Counted from the stretch's first letter, positions 22,780 to 35,895 are shown. The stretch is 56,242 bases of DNA from Prorocentrum cordatum (GCA_963575745.1 CAUYUJ010000100.1:62001-118242), one strand, 5' to 3'. Translations and numbers: made by a program. Notes: generated from the sequence alone by a model not told the origin.

Positions 22780-23920
22780 ATGCCGGCTCCGGTATCTTCG
22801 GGGGTCTCTTGGGGGCCTCTTAGAGGCCCATTGGGGCCTCTTGCGGGCCTCTTGCTGGCTTTTTGGGGGCTTCCTGGAGCGTCTTGGGTGCCTCTCGGGG
22901 GCTTTTTGGGGCCGCTTTGGCGCCTGTTCGGGCCCTCTTAGGACTCTGTTGAGGGCTTTTCGGGCCGTCTTCGGGCCATCTGGGAGGCCAGCGGGTAAAA
23001 AAGGGGGCGGCGCAGATTCGCCTCACTCTCCTCCCCCCGAAGCCCCAAGCCAGCACAACGTCGAAGGACAACCAGTGATGGTTTGCTTTTTCGCGAAGGC
23101 CATCTTGGACGCTCAGACTGCTCGCGATTCCCCCCGCCCAGACCCCAAGGGGAGGGACTTCTCTGGAAAGGGCCGGCGATACTCTGCAGGCAGCGCTTGG
23201 GCACGGGACCGGGGATGCCTGCTGCATGCCCGCGCTTCCAGACGGTCCCAAGAGGCCTTCCAAGAGGTTCCAAGAGGCCTCCAGGGCGGCTCAAGTCCAG
23301 GGAGGAAAAACCACCCAGACACCGACAATTGGCTTTTGCTGAACGGCCCTGGGCATTTTCTAAACACCCCTGCCCTGTTCGATTCCTCCCTTGGGGGCGT
23401 TTGCTAAGCGGCTTTGCTTGTCGGGGTGATTCTTATGGGGGTAGATTTTCTGCCCTCTATCAAGACCACCCAAGACGCCCAAGATGGCTTGACCAGTGTC
23501 CAAGAGGTTTTCAACGATGCTCCAATTGGGCTTCACGAGGATCCCCAATAGAGCTCCAAGGGGCGAACGCCGTCACAGCCTCATTCGGAAAGCATGCACT
23601 TTTAGCATATCTGCCTTGCTGCTCTAGCCAGAGCCCCAGATGCCCGGAAGGGGCTCTCGAGGTGCCCCAGAGGAGACCAAGACGAGCCCAAGGGCCCCCA
23701 AGGCGCCTCCAAGACGCGCCCAAGAGGGACCCATGAAGGCCCCAGACCCTGGTTCGCAACATCCAACATAGGACCAACTAGGGGTATCGTCCTTGGCGCT
23801 CATTTTGGCCAAGAGGCCCCCCAGCATGCCCCGAATGGGTCCCCAAGAGGTTCCCGAAGATGCCCCAGGAGGCCTCCTAGAGGCGCCCACGAGGCCCCCA
23901 GGGGCCCCCAAGAGGCTCTC
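22780..23920. repeat. CCTCTTGG/CCAAGAGG-rich dispersed repeat (both orientations)
   Basis: GGCCTCTTGGG motifs at 22790-22980 and their complement at 23250-23920. Confidence 0.75.
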
Positions 23921-24558
23921 AGACCAGCACGGTGGACCAGCACGGCAGACCAGCACGGCAGGCCAGACCAGCACGACAGGCCCGCACGGCAGACCAGACC
24001 AGCACGGCAGACCAGCCCTAGAGCTCATCATAGGCCCCGCAGCACACAGCCCTAGAGCTCATCACCGCAACCCAGACCAGCGCGGCAGACCAGCACGGCA
24101 GACCTGCACAGCAGAGCAGCACGGCAGACCAGCACAACGAACCACACAAACACAGACCAGCACGGCAGACCAGCGCGGGAGGCCTGCGCGACAGATCGGG
24201 GCGGCACGACCGACGGGCCCGGCAGACCCCCAGGCAGGCCACCGCGGTAGACCAGACGAGCACGGCAGACCAGCACGGCAGACCAGGCCAGCACGGCAAG
24301 CCAGACCAACGCGAACGATCAGACCCAGCACGGCGGCGCAATCGGTCTGCCGTGCTGGTCACAGCCCACACCCGCATTGCCGCGCTGGTCTGCAATGTTG
24401 GTCTGGTCTGCCGTGTTGGTCTGGAACTGTCCTGTTGGTCTCACGTGTTTGTGTGCCGTGCGCTGGTCTGCTCTGTCGCGCTGGTCTGCCGTGCTGGTCT
24501 ACCCAGTCGTGCTTGTGTGCCCTGCTTGGCGTACCCTGCTTGACTGCCGTGCTGGTCC
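23921..24558. repeat. Foldback: (CAGCACGGCAGAC)n left arm facing an inverted (GTCTGCCGTGCTG)n right arm
   Basis: The 13-bp unit switches orientation at about 24335-24345. Confidence 0.85.
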
Positions 24559-24769
24559 ACCTCGTCCGTCTAGTGTGCTGTGCTTGTCTGCTGCGCGAGT
24601 GTGCTCTGTTCATTCGACTCTCAAGGCTTTGTCGAGGGTGGAAGTCTTGCGGTGTGGGGCAGGGGGAGGGTAGACCTCTTCCCGCTGGGGAAAAATTTGT
24701 GAGACTGGAAGAGGAAACGCCTTAAGCCACCTCATTCCAGAGGGCTGGTGGGATTGCTGCGACGCCACC

Positions 24770-25240
24770 TGTGTAGCGCTCCGCTCTGCGGATACTTGAA
24801 CTTTTTACCCCTCGTCGCCGTAGTTTTCACAGTCAATGCATCTTCTGGCAGTCGGAGCTGACTGTCTGTGAGTCCTGCCGCAGGGTGTGGCAGCCAACGT
24901 GGTGCTTCGCAGTGCAGGCGCGCCCCGGCGCCAAACCTCGTCACGAGCGACGTGCTGCACGCACAAATTGAAGCGACAGGTGCTGGATGACGGGTCGTGC
25001 TCGCGCTCGTCCACCCCACTGGGGATGGCGCCCGTGCTTTTCAGGAGGGCGTGGAAACCGTTACCATCGCAGGGAACGGGCTGACTGCCAGTTGATGCGA
25101 CAACAGCCCGAATCTGGACGGAAAGCCTCGCAAGTGGAGGGGACGCGGTGGAGGGACGCGGTCGAGAGGAACGCCGTGTACGCACGCACTGCGATGTCAT
25201 CGTGCCAGGCGCGCTCGCCTGCACGAAACCGGCGACTGGG
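24770..25240 (-). pseudogene. Possible decayed OTU-like cysteine protease fragment
   Basis: VPCDGNGFHALL resembles the OTU Cys box (PGDGNCLFHAL) but lacks the Cys; QHVARDEVW and WHDDIAVRA resemble the WG box; frameshifted. Confidence 0.3.
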
Positions 25241-25249
25241 ACAGTGGTC

Positions 25250-25615
25250 TTCTCCTCTCCTCCTCATTCTCCTCTCCTCTCCTCTCCTCTCCTCCTCCTC
25301 CTCCTGCTCCTCTCCTCCTCCCCCTCCTCCTCCTCCTCCCCTCCTCCTCTTCCTCCTCCTCCTCCTCCTCTCCTCCTCCTCCTCCTCCTCCTTCTCCTCC
25401 TCCTTCTCCTCCTCCTCTTCCTCCTCCTCCTCCTCCTCCTCTTCCTCCTCCTCCTCCCCCAACTCCTCCCCCTCCTCCTCCTCGTCCGCTTCGATTCGAT
25501 TCGATCCGATTCGATTTCGATTTGTTCCGATTCCGATTCGATCCGATTATTCCGATTTTCCTTCGATTCGATTCGATTCGATTCGGTTTCTCCGATTCGA
25601 TTCGATTTCGATATA
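25250..25615. repeat. (CCT)n tract followed by (TTCGA)n pentamer array
   Basis: Direct inspection. Confidence 0.9.
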
Positions 25616-25647
25616 TCGAAGAAGAAATACACACGCACACAATTTTT

Positions 25648-25776
25648 TGGCGCTCCGCGCGGATTTCTTGGATCCGCGCCTGGGCCACCTGGCTGCGCCT
25701 CTGGCGCCGCCCTGGCGCGCTCCGCGCGCCAGAGAGGGGGTCCAGCGCGGATCCAAGAAATCCGCGCGGAGCGCCA
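25648..25776. mobile_element. Palindromic MITE-like core with 32-bp perfect inverted repeats
   Basis: TGGCGCTCCGCGCGGATTTCTTGGATCCGCGC at 25648-25679 and its exact reverse complement at 25745-25776; related to 44583-44753. Confidence 0.75.
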
Positions 25777-26213
25777 GAAGGTTCTGTTGATGTTTTAATT
25801 CATCTAGATTTGGGATCCTATTTCTCAATGGATTCCCCACTACTCTGCCGGTTCCCTCCGATTCGACTCCTCCCGACTTGGCTGCCGATTTCAGCGGATC
25901 CGATCTATTTCGATCGCCGATTCGACTTATCGATTCGATTCTGGGCTCTCCTGGGCCTGGGGGCGAGAAGCCAGAGGCGCTGGTGCCAGAACTCAGATCT
26001 CTGTACCCATGCCCCCCTCCAAAATCGGTGTCCAGGTGAAGGCAGCTGATGGAGAGGGGGGACCCCGAGATCCGATGTCGTGAAATAGGTCACGACGCCG
26101 AGCAAAAGCGGTTTAGAGCTCTCGGCCCCATTTGTATACGGTAGGCTCTTGCGCCGATGCCGCACCAGCGACGCTGGCGAAGGCGTTCAAGGTTGAATTC
26201 TAGACGCTTCGCG

Positions 26214-27920
26214 TAACCCTACCAGCCGACCCGTCCGAGCCTACGCGCAGTGGCTTCCACGTCGTCGCTCGCAGGAGCGACTACCACTTCTGACCCCCAT
26301 ACACATGGGCGTGTAGCCCGTGCGGTCGGCCGATATTTGCTCACCCACGGTTTTGGCCGCTTGCCAGCCCGCGGCGGACAGGGTCGATGGCCACAGGCAC
26401 CGCCCTGCCGTCTGAGCTAGATGTTGGCTCTGGCCACAGTTTGCGCCTCCTGGGAGCAGAGGCGCCACACCGCCATGGTACGCGCGGCCCCCGTGGGCGC
26501 CCTCGCCTGTGGTCGGCTGCAATAACCCCACCCAGGCCTTGATTGGGAGTGCGGGCCGTGAGGCAGAGGCACTGGCTGAAGGCCTTCACTTTGCGTCATC
26601 TACCATTCGTGAAGTATGCTCACTGGCCCAACCCCCCTCGGTGGCTTGTGTGTGGCCCGCGTGCACGCTGTCGCTAACGCACTGGGTGTCAAGTGAGTGG
26701 ACTCGGCACGCTTCCCCCTTAGGTTGTGCTGCCCTTCTCTCTTCTCGCGCCTTCTGATAGTCGGTACTCCACCTGCGGGTCCGGCCTGGTTCCACCTGCC
26801 CCCGGTTGCCCCCCTCTGCCGGCACACGCTCAGCGGCTTTTGGGGTCTGCTTGATGGCCGCAGGGCTTCGGCTGTCTCCATCGCGGTTGCCCGCTTCTGT
26901 TGACACACGCTCAGCGGCTGGGCTCGCGTTCGGTTCGCTCCCACCCGCGGGCTGAACCGTGGCCGCCTCTTTCTAATTATCTGCTGGTGCACTCTGCGCG
27001 GTGTCGCGCCAATTATCTGTCGCTGTGCCCCAGCCTCGGTCATACCGCCCTCTGGACTTCTCCTTGCGGGCCGCGAATCAAAAAAGTAACCCTACCAGCC
27101 GACCCGTCCGAGCCTGCCAGGCAGGTCTACGCCGTCGACACGGCCCTGGCCCTTGGCGCCCTCTGGCGACATGATCAGTGTGTACCTGGCCTTCACTTAC
27201 TACAGTGTTTGTGCGGATCGTGCGTGTAGGACACTCTGACTCGGCATGGCGCCTACACCGTGGTGGACTGGCGCCGCGGCGTACAGTTGGGAATTCCTTG
27301 GCATTTTGCCACAGGTCCGCATGATGCTCGAGCTTCCCTGGGCGTTGCAGTTCAGCCAGTCAGCCCCCCGCCGCCGCTGCCGCAGTTGCTGCCTCTGTGG
27401 GCTGGCCCAGCCGGCTCGCGCTGCGCCTTGTAGCTAATTCGGTTTGCCCGTTGGCCCGGACACCCTGCTCGCCGCCTGCGCTTTCGCTCGCGGCCGCGAC
27501 CAAAAAAATAACCCCACCAGCTCCCATGGTACCCACAACGGGTCCGAGAGTGCTTGCACCCCTCCGACTCTGTTCTCCTGTCTGCGCGTTGTCGACCTGG
27601 GTTTTTGACCGACAGGCGGTGCGGCCTCGCTGGTCGGACGCTTGGTCGGTCTCCTACTGCCCAGGCCACGACGTCCCCTGGCGTGCAGTTTACAATTCAC
27701 CCTGATGTTCCGTCTGGGTCTCGCACGTGTGCGGCGTGCAACCCTGGCCGTTTGCAGCCAGCTCAGCCAGCTCAGCTTCAGCCAGCTGCCCCCCCCAGCA
27801 GTAGGTTCTGATCCCGCGCTCGGTCGCTGTATAATTAGGCTCGCGCGTATCCCGCTCGACCTTTTCGGACGCCCCATGCGATTTCGCTGGCGGCCGCGAC
27901 AAAAAAAAATAACCCCACCA
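26214..27920. repeat. Diverged ~400-430-bp tandem units marked by GGCCGCGA..AAAAAA.TAACCC.ACCA
   Basis: Motif at 27069, 27492 and 27892; the 29-mer TAACCCTACCAGCCGACCCGTCCGAGCCT is shared by 26214 and 27087. Confidence 0.6.
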
Positions 27921-27979
27921 ACCCATCCAAAAACGATGCCCAGTGGAAGTGGGCAGCACACGGAGGTAAGATTCCCCAG

Positions 27980-28938
27980 TGGAGGCCTCATGGAGCGTCT
28001 GGGGGGCGTTTTCGCGGTCCCGGACGCCTCTTGGAGCGTTTTGGGTGCCTTGGAGAGCTTCTTGGGGCCTCTTGGTGGTCTCTTGGGAACCTCTTGGAGG
28101 CCTCTTGGGCGCCTGTTGGGACCTCCTGGGGCCTCCTGGGCGCCTCTTGAGACCCTCTTGAAGCGCTCTTGGGAGCCTTGGGAGCGCTCTTGGAGCCCTC
28201 TTGGGCCATCTTGGAGCCATCTTGAAGCTTCGGATAACCATCGGGAGCGAGAAGGCGAGAAAGCCAAACACATAATTAAAAACATATTTGTTGAAGAATG
28301 TTGGCCGCTTCGGGGCCTCCTGGGGGAGCTCTTTGGCCACTTGTAGCCGTCTTGGAGCGGTCTTCGGGCCTCTTAGAGCATCGTGGGAACCATCTTGAGG
28401 CATCTTGGGATGTCTTGAGCCATCTTGGAGGTCATTTTGGGCTCTCCCAGGCGCTTTTGGAGTCATCTTAAGCAGTGCCCCCCCCCGAAGGAGGCCAACA
28501 TGTGGCCAACATTTTAGTAAACTCCATGATCTTGGCATTGTCGCCGAGGCCTCTTGGAGCGTCTTGGGTGCCTCTTGGGGCCTCATGGGGGCCTCTTGGG
28601 GGCATCCTGGGGGCCTCTTGGGAGCCTCTTGGGGCCTCCTGGCCACCTTTTGGGGCCCTCTTGGGGCAACCATCTCGGAGGAGATCGATCAAAGAAGAGG
28701 GGAGCATTTTGCAGCCTCGCCCCCCGAAGAGGCCAAAATGGGGCCACAACCCCAGTAAAACCAATGATTGTGGCTTCCTCGCCGAGGCCGTTTTCGACGC
28801 TCCGACCGCTCGCGAAACGCCCCGTCCAGGTCCAGGGGAGGGGGTAGGGGGAGGGGTAAACCCCTCCCCGAAGGGGAAGAAGGGGGTGGAAGAGGAAACA
28901 TCTTAAAACCACCTACGTCCTGAAGGGCTGGTGGGATT
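27980..28938 (+). mobile_element. CCTCTTGG-rich dispersed element ending in a hairpin plus GGGCTGGTGGGATT
   Basis: Body of GGCCTCTTGG repeats; GGGGAGGGGTAAACCCCTCCCC hairpin near 28848-28869; the same end sequence occurs at about 24660-24755. Confidence 0.6.
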
Positions 28939-29142
28939 CAACGACGCGGGAGCACCGAGGGACATGGTGACGCCGCCGGACCTGTCGGAATTCAACGTTG
29001 AACGATCGGTGCCGCGATCGATTCAAGGTTGAACGATCGACGCGGTGTCAAAACCGTTGCGCGCGCCGACGCCGCGCGAACTACCGTATTTTACCCCCCC
29101 CCGTGTGCCAACACGAATGCGTATCTCCTCCCTTGCCCGACG

Positions 29143-29164
29143 TCCGTGGTTATTTTGGCTCAGG
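29143..29164 (+). other. Relic dinoflagellate spliced leader
   Basis: TCCGTGGTTATTTTGGCTCAGG versus DCCGTAGCCATTTTGGCTCAAG: 18/22, all four differences are transitions. Confidence 0.7.
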
Positions 29165-29639
29165 CGCTTGGCCGTTTGTTAATGACGGTTGGGCGCTGCT
29201 GCTGGCCCTTGGGCCTGCGCCCTCGACTCTGCGCTGCGGCAGACACGAGGAGGTCGTCTTCACAGGCGCCCGCCATGTCATCGCGCAGGAATGCGGCAAA
29301 GGGGGCCAAGGCGGAGGACCGCGGAGGAAGGTCGAGAGCGTGTGGCAGTCAGTGCTCCACGAATCTTTCGCGACGGCAGCCAAGCCGCCAGGTTGGCACG
29401 GCCCCCCTCTTGCCGAGCTTTCATTCGTGCGAAGAGCACCGGCAAGAGTTATGTTGCTCCCATCGTACTTCAGGACCACATCCCAGAACTCATTTCGAGC
29501 ACCCAGAAAAATATCGAAGCAGTGTCGAACGAGTATCGTTTCCCAGGGCCCGACGCGTGCTAACCATCAAGTTTCGGTACTTTTTTGGTGCTCGAAGTTC
29601 TTTATGGTGATCAGGGCTAAAGTAGGCTGCGACATCAGA

Positions 29640-30860
29640 AGGCAAAAAGTCAGAGGAGGACTGAGGACACGGGGCCACAGAGATCTCGGCCAAAATGGAG
29701 CTGACGCCCTTCGCCAAGAAGGCGACGGCGCGCGCAAGTTCGTCGGCGCGACCAACCCGGCCGAGTGTCACTATTGTGAGAACGTGCAAAGGTAGTATTT
29801 GTCTTAGTCCTGGGCTACGAGGGTGGTGAGACTCCACGGTTTCATGGCATCAGCTCGGTCGTCGCGCACGAGCACGTCGCCAAGGCCATGAACGGCGAGT
29901 GCCCGAAAACGTTCGGTCACGCACTCCCGGACCCCTTGCGTCCGTGTCGCTACATGTGGGTCAGGTGCCGCGGATGCAAGCGACACAATGATGCGGACTT
30001 CTGGGTCAGCCTGGGAACCGACAGCCTGAAGGCCGGATGGTTCAAACCTGAGGGACAAGCAACAAAGAATTGCCGTCGCAACGAGCCAAACCCATCAAGC
30101 TTGGCATGGAAACATATTTCGCGAAACAGGGGCGGTCCTGTAGTGCAGAACGTCGAAGCGAGTAGACGTAGGCATCTTGAAATACGAGAGTCTGGGGGCT
30201 GCAGCGGACTTCGCGATCGCTTTCGATGGGGATCTCGGCATCGTGTGCGTGTGCCCGCACTGCAGGACGCCCCCCTCAAGGCGAAGGAGTGGGCGCACTG
30301 CGCGGTGCCGACGTGGCTGAAAGAAGTGCGTGACAAAGAGGCGCGGCCGCGGGTGGTTGGAGAAGGGCGCCGACGCGTGGGAGTACGCGTCATCATTACC
30401 CCGTCGCGCTCCATCATCGCGGAAGGCGGCGTGGGGACGGCCAGCGACAAGGAGGTGAGGCATATCGAGAAGTCCCAGGGGCACTGCCCAGAAGACCAGG
30501 CGGACATGGTCTATTTCGTCCACGGGGCGCCGTAGCAGGAGGGCGCCCCGACGGTCCTGAGGACGGCCAGGCTGACGTCCTTCGTCGGCGCCGCGAGGGG
30601 GGGAGATATCAAGCTGGGCGGGCTGTTGGAGGGGGGGCTCGGCGCAGTCATGGGCGCCAGGCTCGCAAGGCCTTGCAAAGAACTCATCAAACAAGTGCCC
30701 GCGTTCTCGGAGAAGGGGATCACCGAAGACATGCCAAGGGACTTGCAGATCCGCTCCAGCTGCGAGGGTGCGCGCCTCTCCAAGGACGAGTTGGCCGGCA
30801 ATTGCCGCGCCGTCCCGCCCGAAAAAATTCCCATGCTGAACCAGTCTGCTCTCGTTCTCC
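29640..30860 (+). pseudogene. Decayed coding fragments of unknown product (Cys/His motif WVRCRGCKRH)
   Basis: Protein-like GC3-rich blocks at about 29805-30060, 30260-30350 and 30415-30750, with a stop and frame changes. Confidence 0.35.
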
Positions 30861-33371
30861 GATTTTCCGGGTTCCGCGGGCGAGCCGCAAACAGCCAAAA
30901 CGGGCGGGGATAGTGGGCGGCTCTCGAAGCTGCGGGGGCGCGTGCTAGATGGCCAGAAGATGGTCGCAGAGGACTGATCGAGCGCGGCAGCAAACTCTGA
31001 TCAGAAGATCGATGGTGCCCGACGGGGCGCTCGGGCGACAGCGGTGGCGGCGCCCCACGCGGCGGGCCAGGGTGGAGCGCCGCCATCGCGCAGAGTGAAT
31101 GGCCGCTGGGCAGCCGAGGACAGTGGACCGCCGTGTGGCGACGGCTCGCCGCGGCATTAGCGGGTCGCGAGGCTCGGGCGGCGCTGCGTGAACGCTTGCA
31201 TTCGAAGTGTGGGGTTCCCTGGGGCGTGTCGGGGCGCGGGCTCCGCTGGCGGGGCAACGTGTGAAACGGCCGCAGCGAGGCCCAGAACGCGTGGGGTGCA
31301 GCGGTCGCCTCGTGCTCGTGAGCAGGCGCCTCTCGACCCCGCGTTCCCCCCATGGGGGCCATGCGACCGCCTCGGTGGGGGAGGGCGGTCGAGCTTGGGG
31401 GGGGACCAAACGGCCGAGAAGAGGAACTTGGGCCACCCTCCCGCGTGCCTTCGGGGCGTTCTCGAAACCCCGCCCTCCAGTGTGCCCTCCGCGGTGGGGG
31501 GCCCTCGCTGTCGTCCTCTCAGGGGCCCTCGCCCCTCCTCCGCGGGCGGGGGCGGGATCCAGGGGGGATGGGGGCCTCGAGCACGGAGGGCCCCCGGGGT
31601 AGGATTTCGAAACCGCGGCCCTCGGCCGTTGGGCGTCGGTGTCGTAAAAATGAGGGGGTATGGGGCGGTGTGAGAAGGCGGTTGGGCCCCCTGGCGCTAG
31701 CAGTATCCGGGGCGGGGGGCCCGGCATTCCCCTCTCACCTGTGGGCTCCAATCTCCCCCCCGGTCGGTTTTATTGGTGACTTATTCCATCGCAGAGAGGG
31801 GCATCAACTTCCTGGGAGTCGCAGTGTGTCCTGCGAACAGGGCCCCTGGCAACGCCGCCCACGCAAAAGGAACCGCCGTCGTCCCACTCTTCCTTTCTGC
31901 CACCATCGCGCTGCCATTAGGTCTCATCGAACATGCGGCCCCGTGTGTCAACAGGAGTGTGTAGCTTCGTCATGGCCCAACGTTTGGGTTCAGGCGTTCC
32001 GCCGTTTCTGGATACGCCCACAACCACCTTGGGGCATCAAGTCTCTGGGATTGGCAGATGCCCAGCGAACAGGGCCCCCGGCAACGCCACCCATAAGCAG
32101 GAATCGCCATCTCTTTTCTTTTCGTTTTTCATTCGAACTCATCGAAGATACGCATAGCAATCGAACATGATCGTTCTGCGAGGTCCGACGGTTAAAAACA
32201 AAACCGAAAGACAGTGCATCTTTGGTTCTAAACGACGCCCGCGTGCAGGGGAGGAAGAAGGGGGAGGCAACGGCTGTCCTTCCGACTCTTCGCCGCGCCC
32301 GACAGGTGGCAGGGGCGGTTCCGACCGGAAGGGCGGTGGCAAAGGTGGCCGCGGCAAGGAGCTTTTGTCAAGTTTGACTGGGGCGCGGGGTACGATTGGA
32401 AGGTGAAGGAAAAGACGAGGAGGAGGAGGAGGTGAGGGAGGACGAATGGAATTGAGGGGAATGGGGCGGCATGGGATTGACTTGGAGTCCCAAGCCTGGA
32501 TGCAGAGTAGTAGTAGTAGTAGTACGACTTCTGGCTCTGGTCGTATAGCATATGACTCGCAGCGTCGTTTCTCGAGATGGCGGGGGTTCTGGCCTCCACC
32601 CAGGGTCGAACTCGCTCGGTTCGCGCAGTCATGTCATGCGTTTTTTTTGTTGTTTTTGTTTTGTGTGTGTGTGAGTGTGTGTGAGTGTGTGTCGGGCCTC
32701 CCCGTGGAGTCGAAGAGCGAGCACGTACCGCCACAGTACTAAGTATCATTGGAAGCCCCTTGGAGTCGGGAGGCCTAGCCTGGAGAGCGAGACCGACTTA
32801 TCCAGCAGGGCCTGCGCACGACGATTGGGACACACGCCTCTGCGGCCGTGCCAGGGCCTCCAGGTCCAGGTCTCCACTTGCGCACGGGCGGCCTGACGTG
32901 ATCCTTCCTGCCTTGGGGCCGACCTCCGTACTGCAAGTCGAGAGTTTGCTGCTCACGACGACGTTTGGATGACGACCCCTCAGCGTCAAGAGCAGGATTT
33001 CCAGCGGCAGCGACGAGGGAACGACCGTTATTGTTCACGAGTCCTTCGCAGCCGGTCACGGGCAGGCTGTCCAGTGGCACGTCCGCAAGGCGCAAGGTAG
33101 GGCCTGCACTGAGCCGAGCTGCCCCTCATCTCAAGTGATGCCACGAGCGGCCTGCTCAGAACCTATGCGGACGTTGCCGCCGCACCTGGTTCTCGCATCG
33201 TGGCGGCAATCGTCGTGCTTCATGCACATGTGGGCCCGCCAGCCCGCGAGATCGAGATGGTGCAGCAAGCCGGGATCAGGACTCCCTGCGCCAGTAGCGA
33301 AGATGTGGCGTGCCGGTGCGTTTTTTATAGTGATGTTAGCCAGCGTGGACCCCAAACTGCGTTTTTCTAGC

Positions 33372-33545
33372 AATGTGTGTTGAACCAAATTTGTGGTGCA
33401 ATACATGTTGTGAAATCTATCAGTTGCCACTTATGTGGTGCAATCTACGTGGTGCAATAGATGTTGTGCAACGTATGTTGTGCAATCTATGTGGTGCAAT
33501 CTGTGTTATTCAATCTATGTTGTGCAATCAGTGTGGTGCACTCTA
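33372..33545. repeat. ~15-bp minisatellite (TGTGGTGCAATCTA)n; second patch at 34738-34802
   Basis: Direct inspection. Confidence 0.85.
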
Positions 33546-33649
33546 TTGGGAAGGGCTTACGGCCAGTGCCGCCGACCCTGAAGGGGGACGACCACGACGG
33601 CGGCGTCGGCGGCGACGACGACGCTGACATGGGGCAGAGTCATCGAGTC

Positions 33650-34280
33650 CTCAGCGATGCCTTGTGGGGCCTCTTTCGGAGCTCGCTCGCAGGTCTCTGG
33701 GGTGCAGTTTTGGGGCCTCTTGGGAGCATCTTGGGGGCCTCTTGAAGCCTCTTGAGGGTCCCTTCGGGCTTCCTGGGGGCCTCTTGGGTACCTCTTGGGG
33801 CCTCGTGTTGGCCTCCTGGGGGCCTCTTGGGGCCTCCTGGGAGCTTCTCGGGGCCGAGGGCTCGAAATGTTCGTTCGGCTCCCGTGTGGGCACCCTCTTG
33901 GAGCCGTTTTGGTTGCCTCTGGGGCCGTCTGGGAGGCCTCCAGGGCCGTCTTGGGCCCTCTTGGGTCGTTTTGGAAACCTTTGGGGGCCTCATGTGCCTA
34001 TCTTGGTGACATCTTGGGCCGTCTTAGGGCGCCGGGAAGCCGAAAGAGCGAGGACGCCAGAATATTTCAAATTCCCTCCAAAAGTAGAAACTTGATTTTG
34101 CCTGTTGGCGCCCTCTTGGTGTGCTCTTGAATGCCCCTTCGAGCGTCTTCGAAGCCGCTTGGGCTGTCAGGAGGCCATCTTTGGCGTCTTCGACCGGCTG
34201 TTCAGCGAATCGGGGCCCTCTTGGACCGTCTTGGAGGCCTCTTGGGCTGTCTTGGGGCCTTTCTGGGCCACAGGGCCCCC
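33650..34280 (+). repeat. CCTCTTGG-rich dispersed repeat
   Basis: Same motif family as 27980-28750. Confidence 0.75.
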
Positions 34281-34569
34281 CGGGGGATGTTATTCTGACC
34301 CGGGACCCCCCGAGGACCCCCCCTGGGACCCCCCCAGGACCCCCCCAGGACCCCCCAACACCCCTCCCCGGCGGGGGAAGGTGTCAAAGAGGAGGGGCTT
34401 CTTTTCGACTCAACTACGGCGTTCCTTCGTTTCGGTTTGGTTTCGCGTTGGCTGGTTCGCTATAGAAGGAGGGCCCAGCGAAAGGTGGGGAGCGACGACG
34501 AGGAGGGCCCAGTGAAAGGAAGGGGAGCGGCGACGGGCCCGGGAAAGAGGAGTCAAACGCGGGCAAACG

Positions 34570-35416
34570 CGACGACGAGGACGACGACGGCGACAACGAC
34601 GGAGACGAAGACGACGACGAGTACGACGACGAGTACGACGACGAGTACGACGATGAGTACGACGACGACGACGACGACGATGACGTCGAGTCAAACAGAA
34701 CAGTGCCTTTCACACACCGACAGGGTCGGCGGATTTTGTGCAATCCATGCGGTGCAATCTATGCGGTGTAATCAACGTTGTGTAATCTATGCGGTGCAAT
34801 TGATTTTACCCATGATTTGACACATCCCACGCTCTTGCAAACATCCCACCCACCCACCCGCACCTTGGTTTGCAAAACCTCTTAAGACCGACTACGACGA
34901 CACCGACGACAACGACTACGACGACACCGACGACGTCTCCGACGACTTCGACGACGACAACGACGCCGACGCCGACGACGACGAAGACGACCACGACGAC
35001 GCCAACGAAGACGACGACGAGGGAGGAGGAAGGACGACGACGGCAACAACGACGACAACGACGACAACGACGAGGGAGGAGGGAGGAGGGAGGACGGCGA
35101 CGACGCGAACGACGAAGAAGGAGGAAGGACAGCGACTCCGACGACGACAACGACGAGGGAGGAGGGAAGACGACGACAACGACGACGACGACAACGGCGA
35201 CGAAATAGGAGGGACGACGACGAGACGCCGACGACGGACGACGACGACGACGAGGGAGGAGGAGGAAGGACGATCACGGCGACAACGACGACGGAAACGA
35301 CCACGACGCCAAAGAGGACGACGACGACGAACACGAGGAAAGACAGAGGACGACGTAGGCGACGACGACGACGACGCGGGAGGAGGGAGGACGGCGACGA
35401 CGACGACGACGACGAC
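34570..35416. repeat. (GAC)n/(GAG)n low-complexity tract
   Basis: Direct inspection. Confidence 0.9.
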
Positions 35417-35895
35417 GCAAGAGCGCGCGCGCACGCTTTTGTTGAAAATCCGTGTTGCGAAACCTTGTGTTTTGATAAGTTTTTTGGACACACGATTTTG
35501 AAATCCTTCCGAAACCGATGGGTTTTCAAGGTTTTCGGCGTACGCGCGCGACGACGCGCGCGTCTGCACTTCGTCCCATGTTTTGCAGAGGATTCTCGCG
35601 ACGGCACACGCGCAAGGGCGTTCGACAGATTTCGACATGCGCGCGCGCGAAGCCCGTTTAATAGCATTTTGTGAAAATCTTGAAACATCTATGGTTTTAA
35701 CAAGATTTTGCAAGAGCTCGCGCGCAAACTTTTTTAGCAAATCAGTGTTGCGAAACCCTGTGTTTTTGTAGTTTTTTTGGAAACTCGAGTGCGAAATCCT
35801 TCCGACACCAGAGGTTATGGAAGGATTTCGGCATCCGCGCGCGACGACGCGCGCGTGTGCACTTCGTCCTATGTTTTGCCAGGGATTCGCGAAAA
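35417..35895. repeat. Diverged ~295-bp tandem duplication
   Basis: GTGTTGCGAAACC and CGCGCGCGACGACGCGCGCGT..GCACTTCGTCC each occur twice, about 294 bp apart. Confidence 0.8.

Noticed and set aside
23795..23815. Further SL-like matches (also about 49500 and 50890)
   Set aside because: Too short or too divergent to separate from chance.
32780..33370. Copia-like RNase H remnant (RPQRRVSQSSCAG) on the minus strand
   Set aside because: One weak motif across frameshifts, with no LTRs or other domains.
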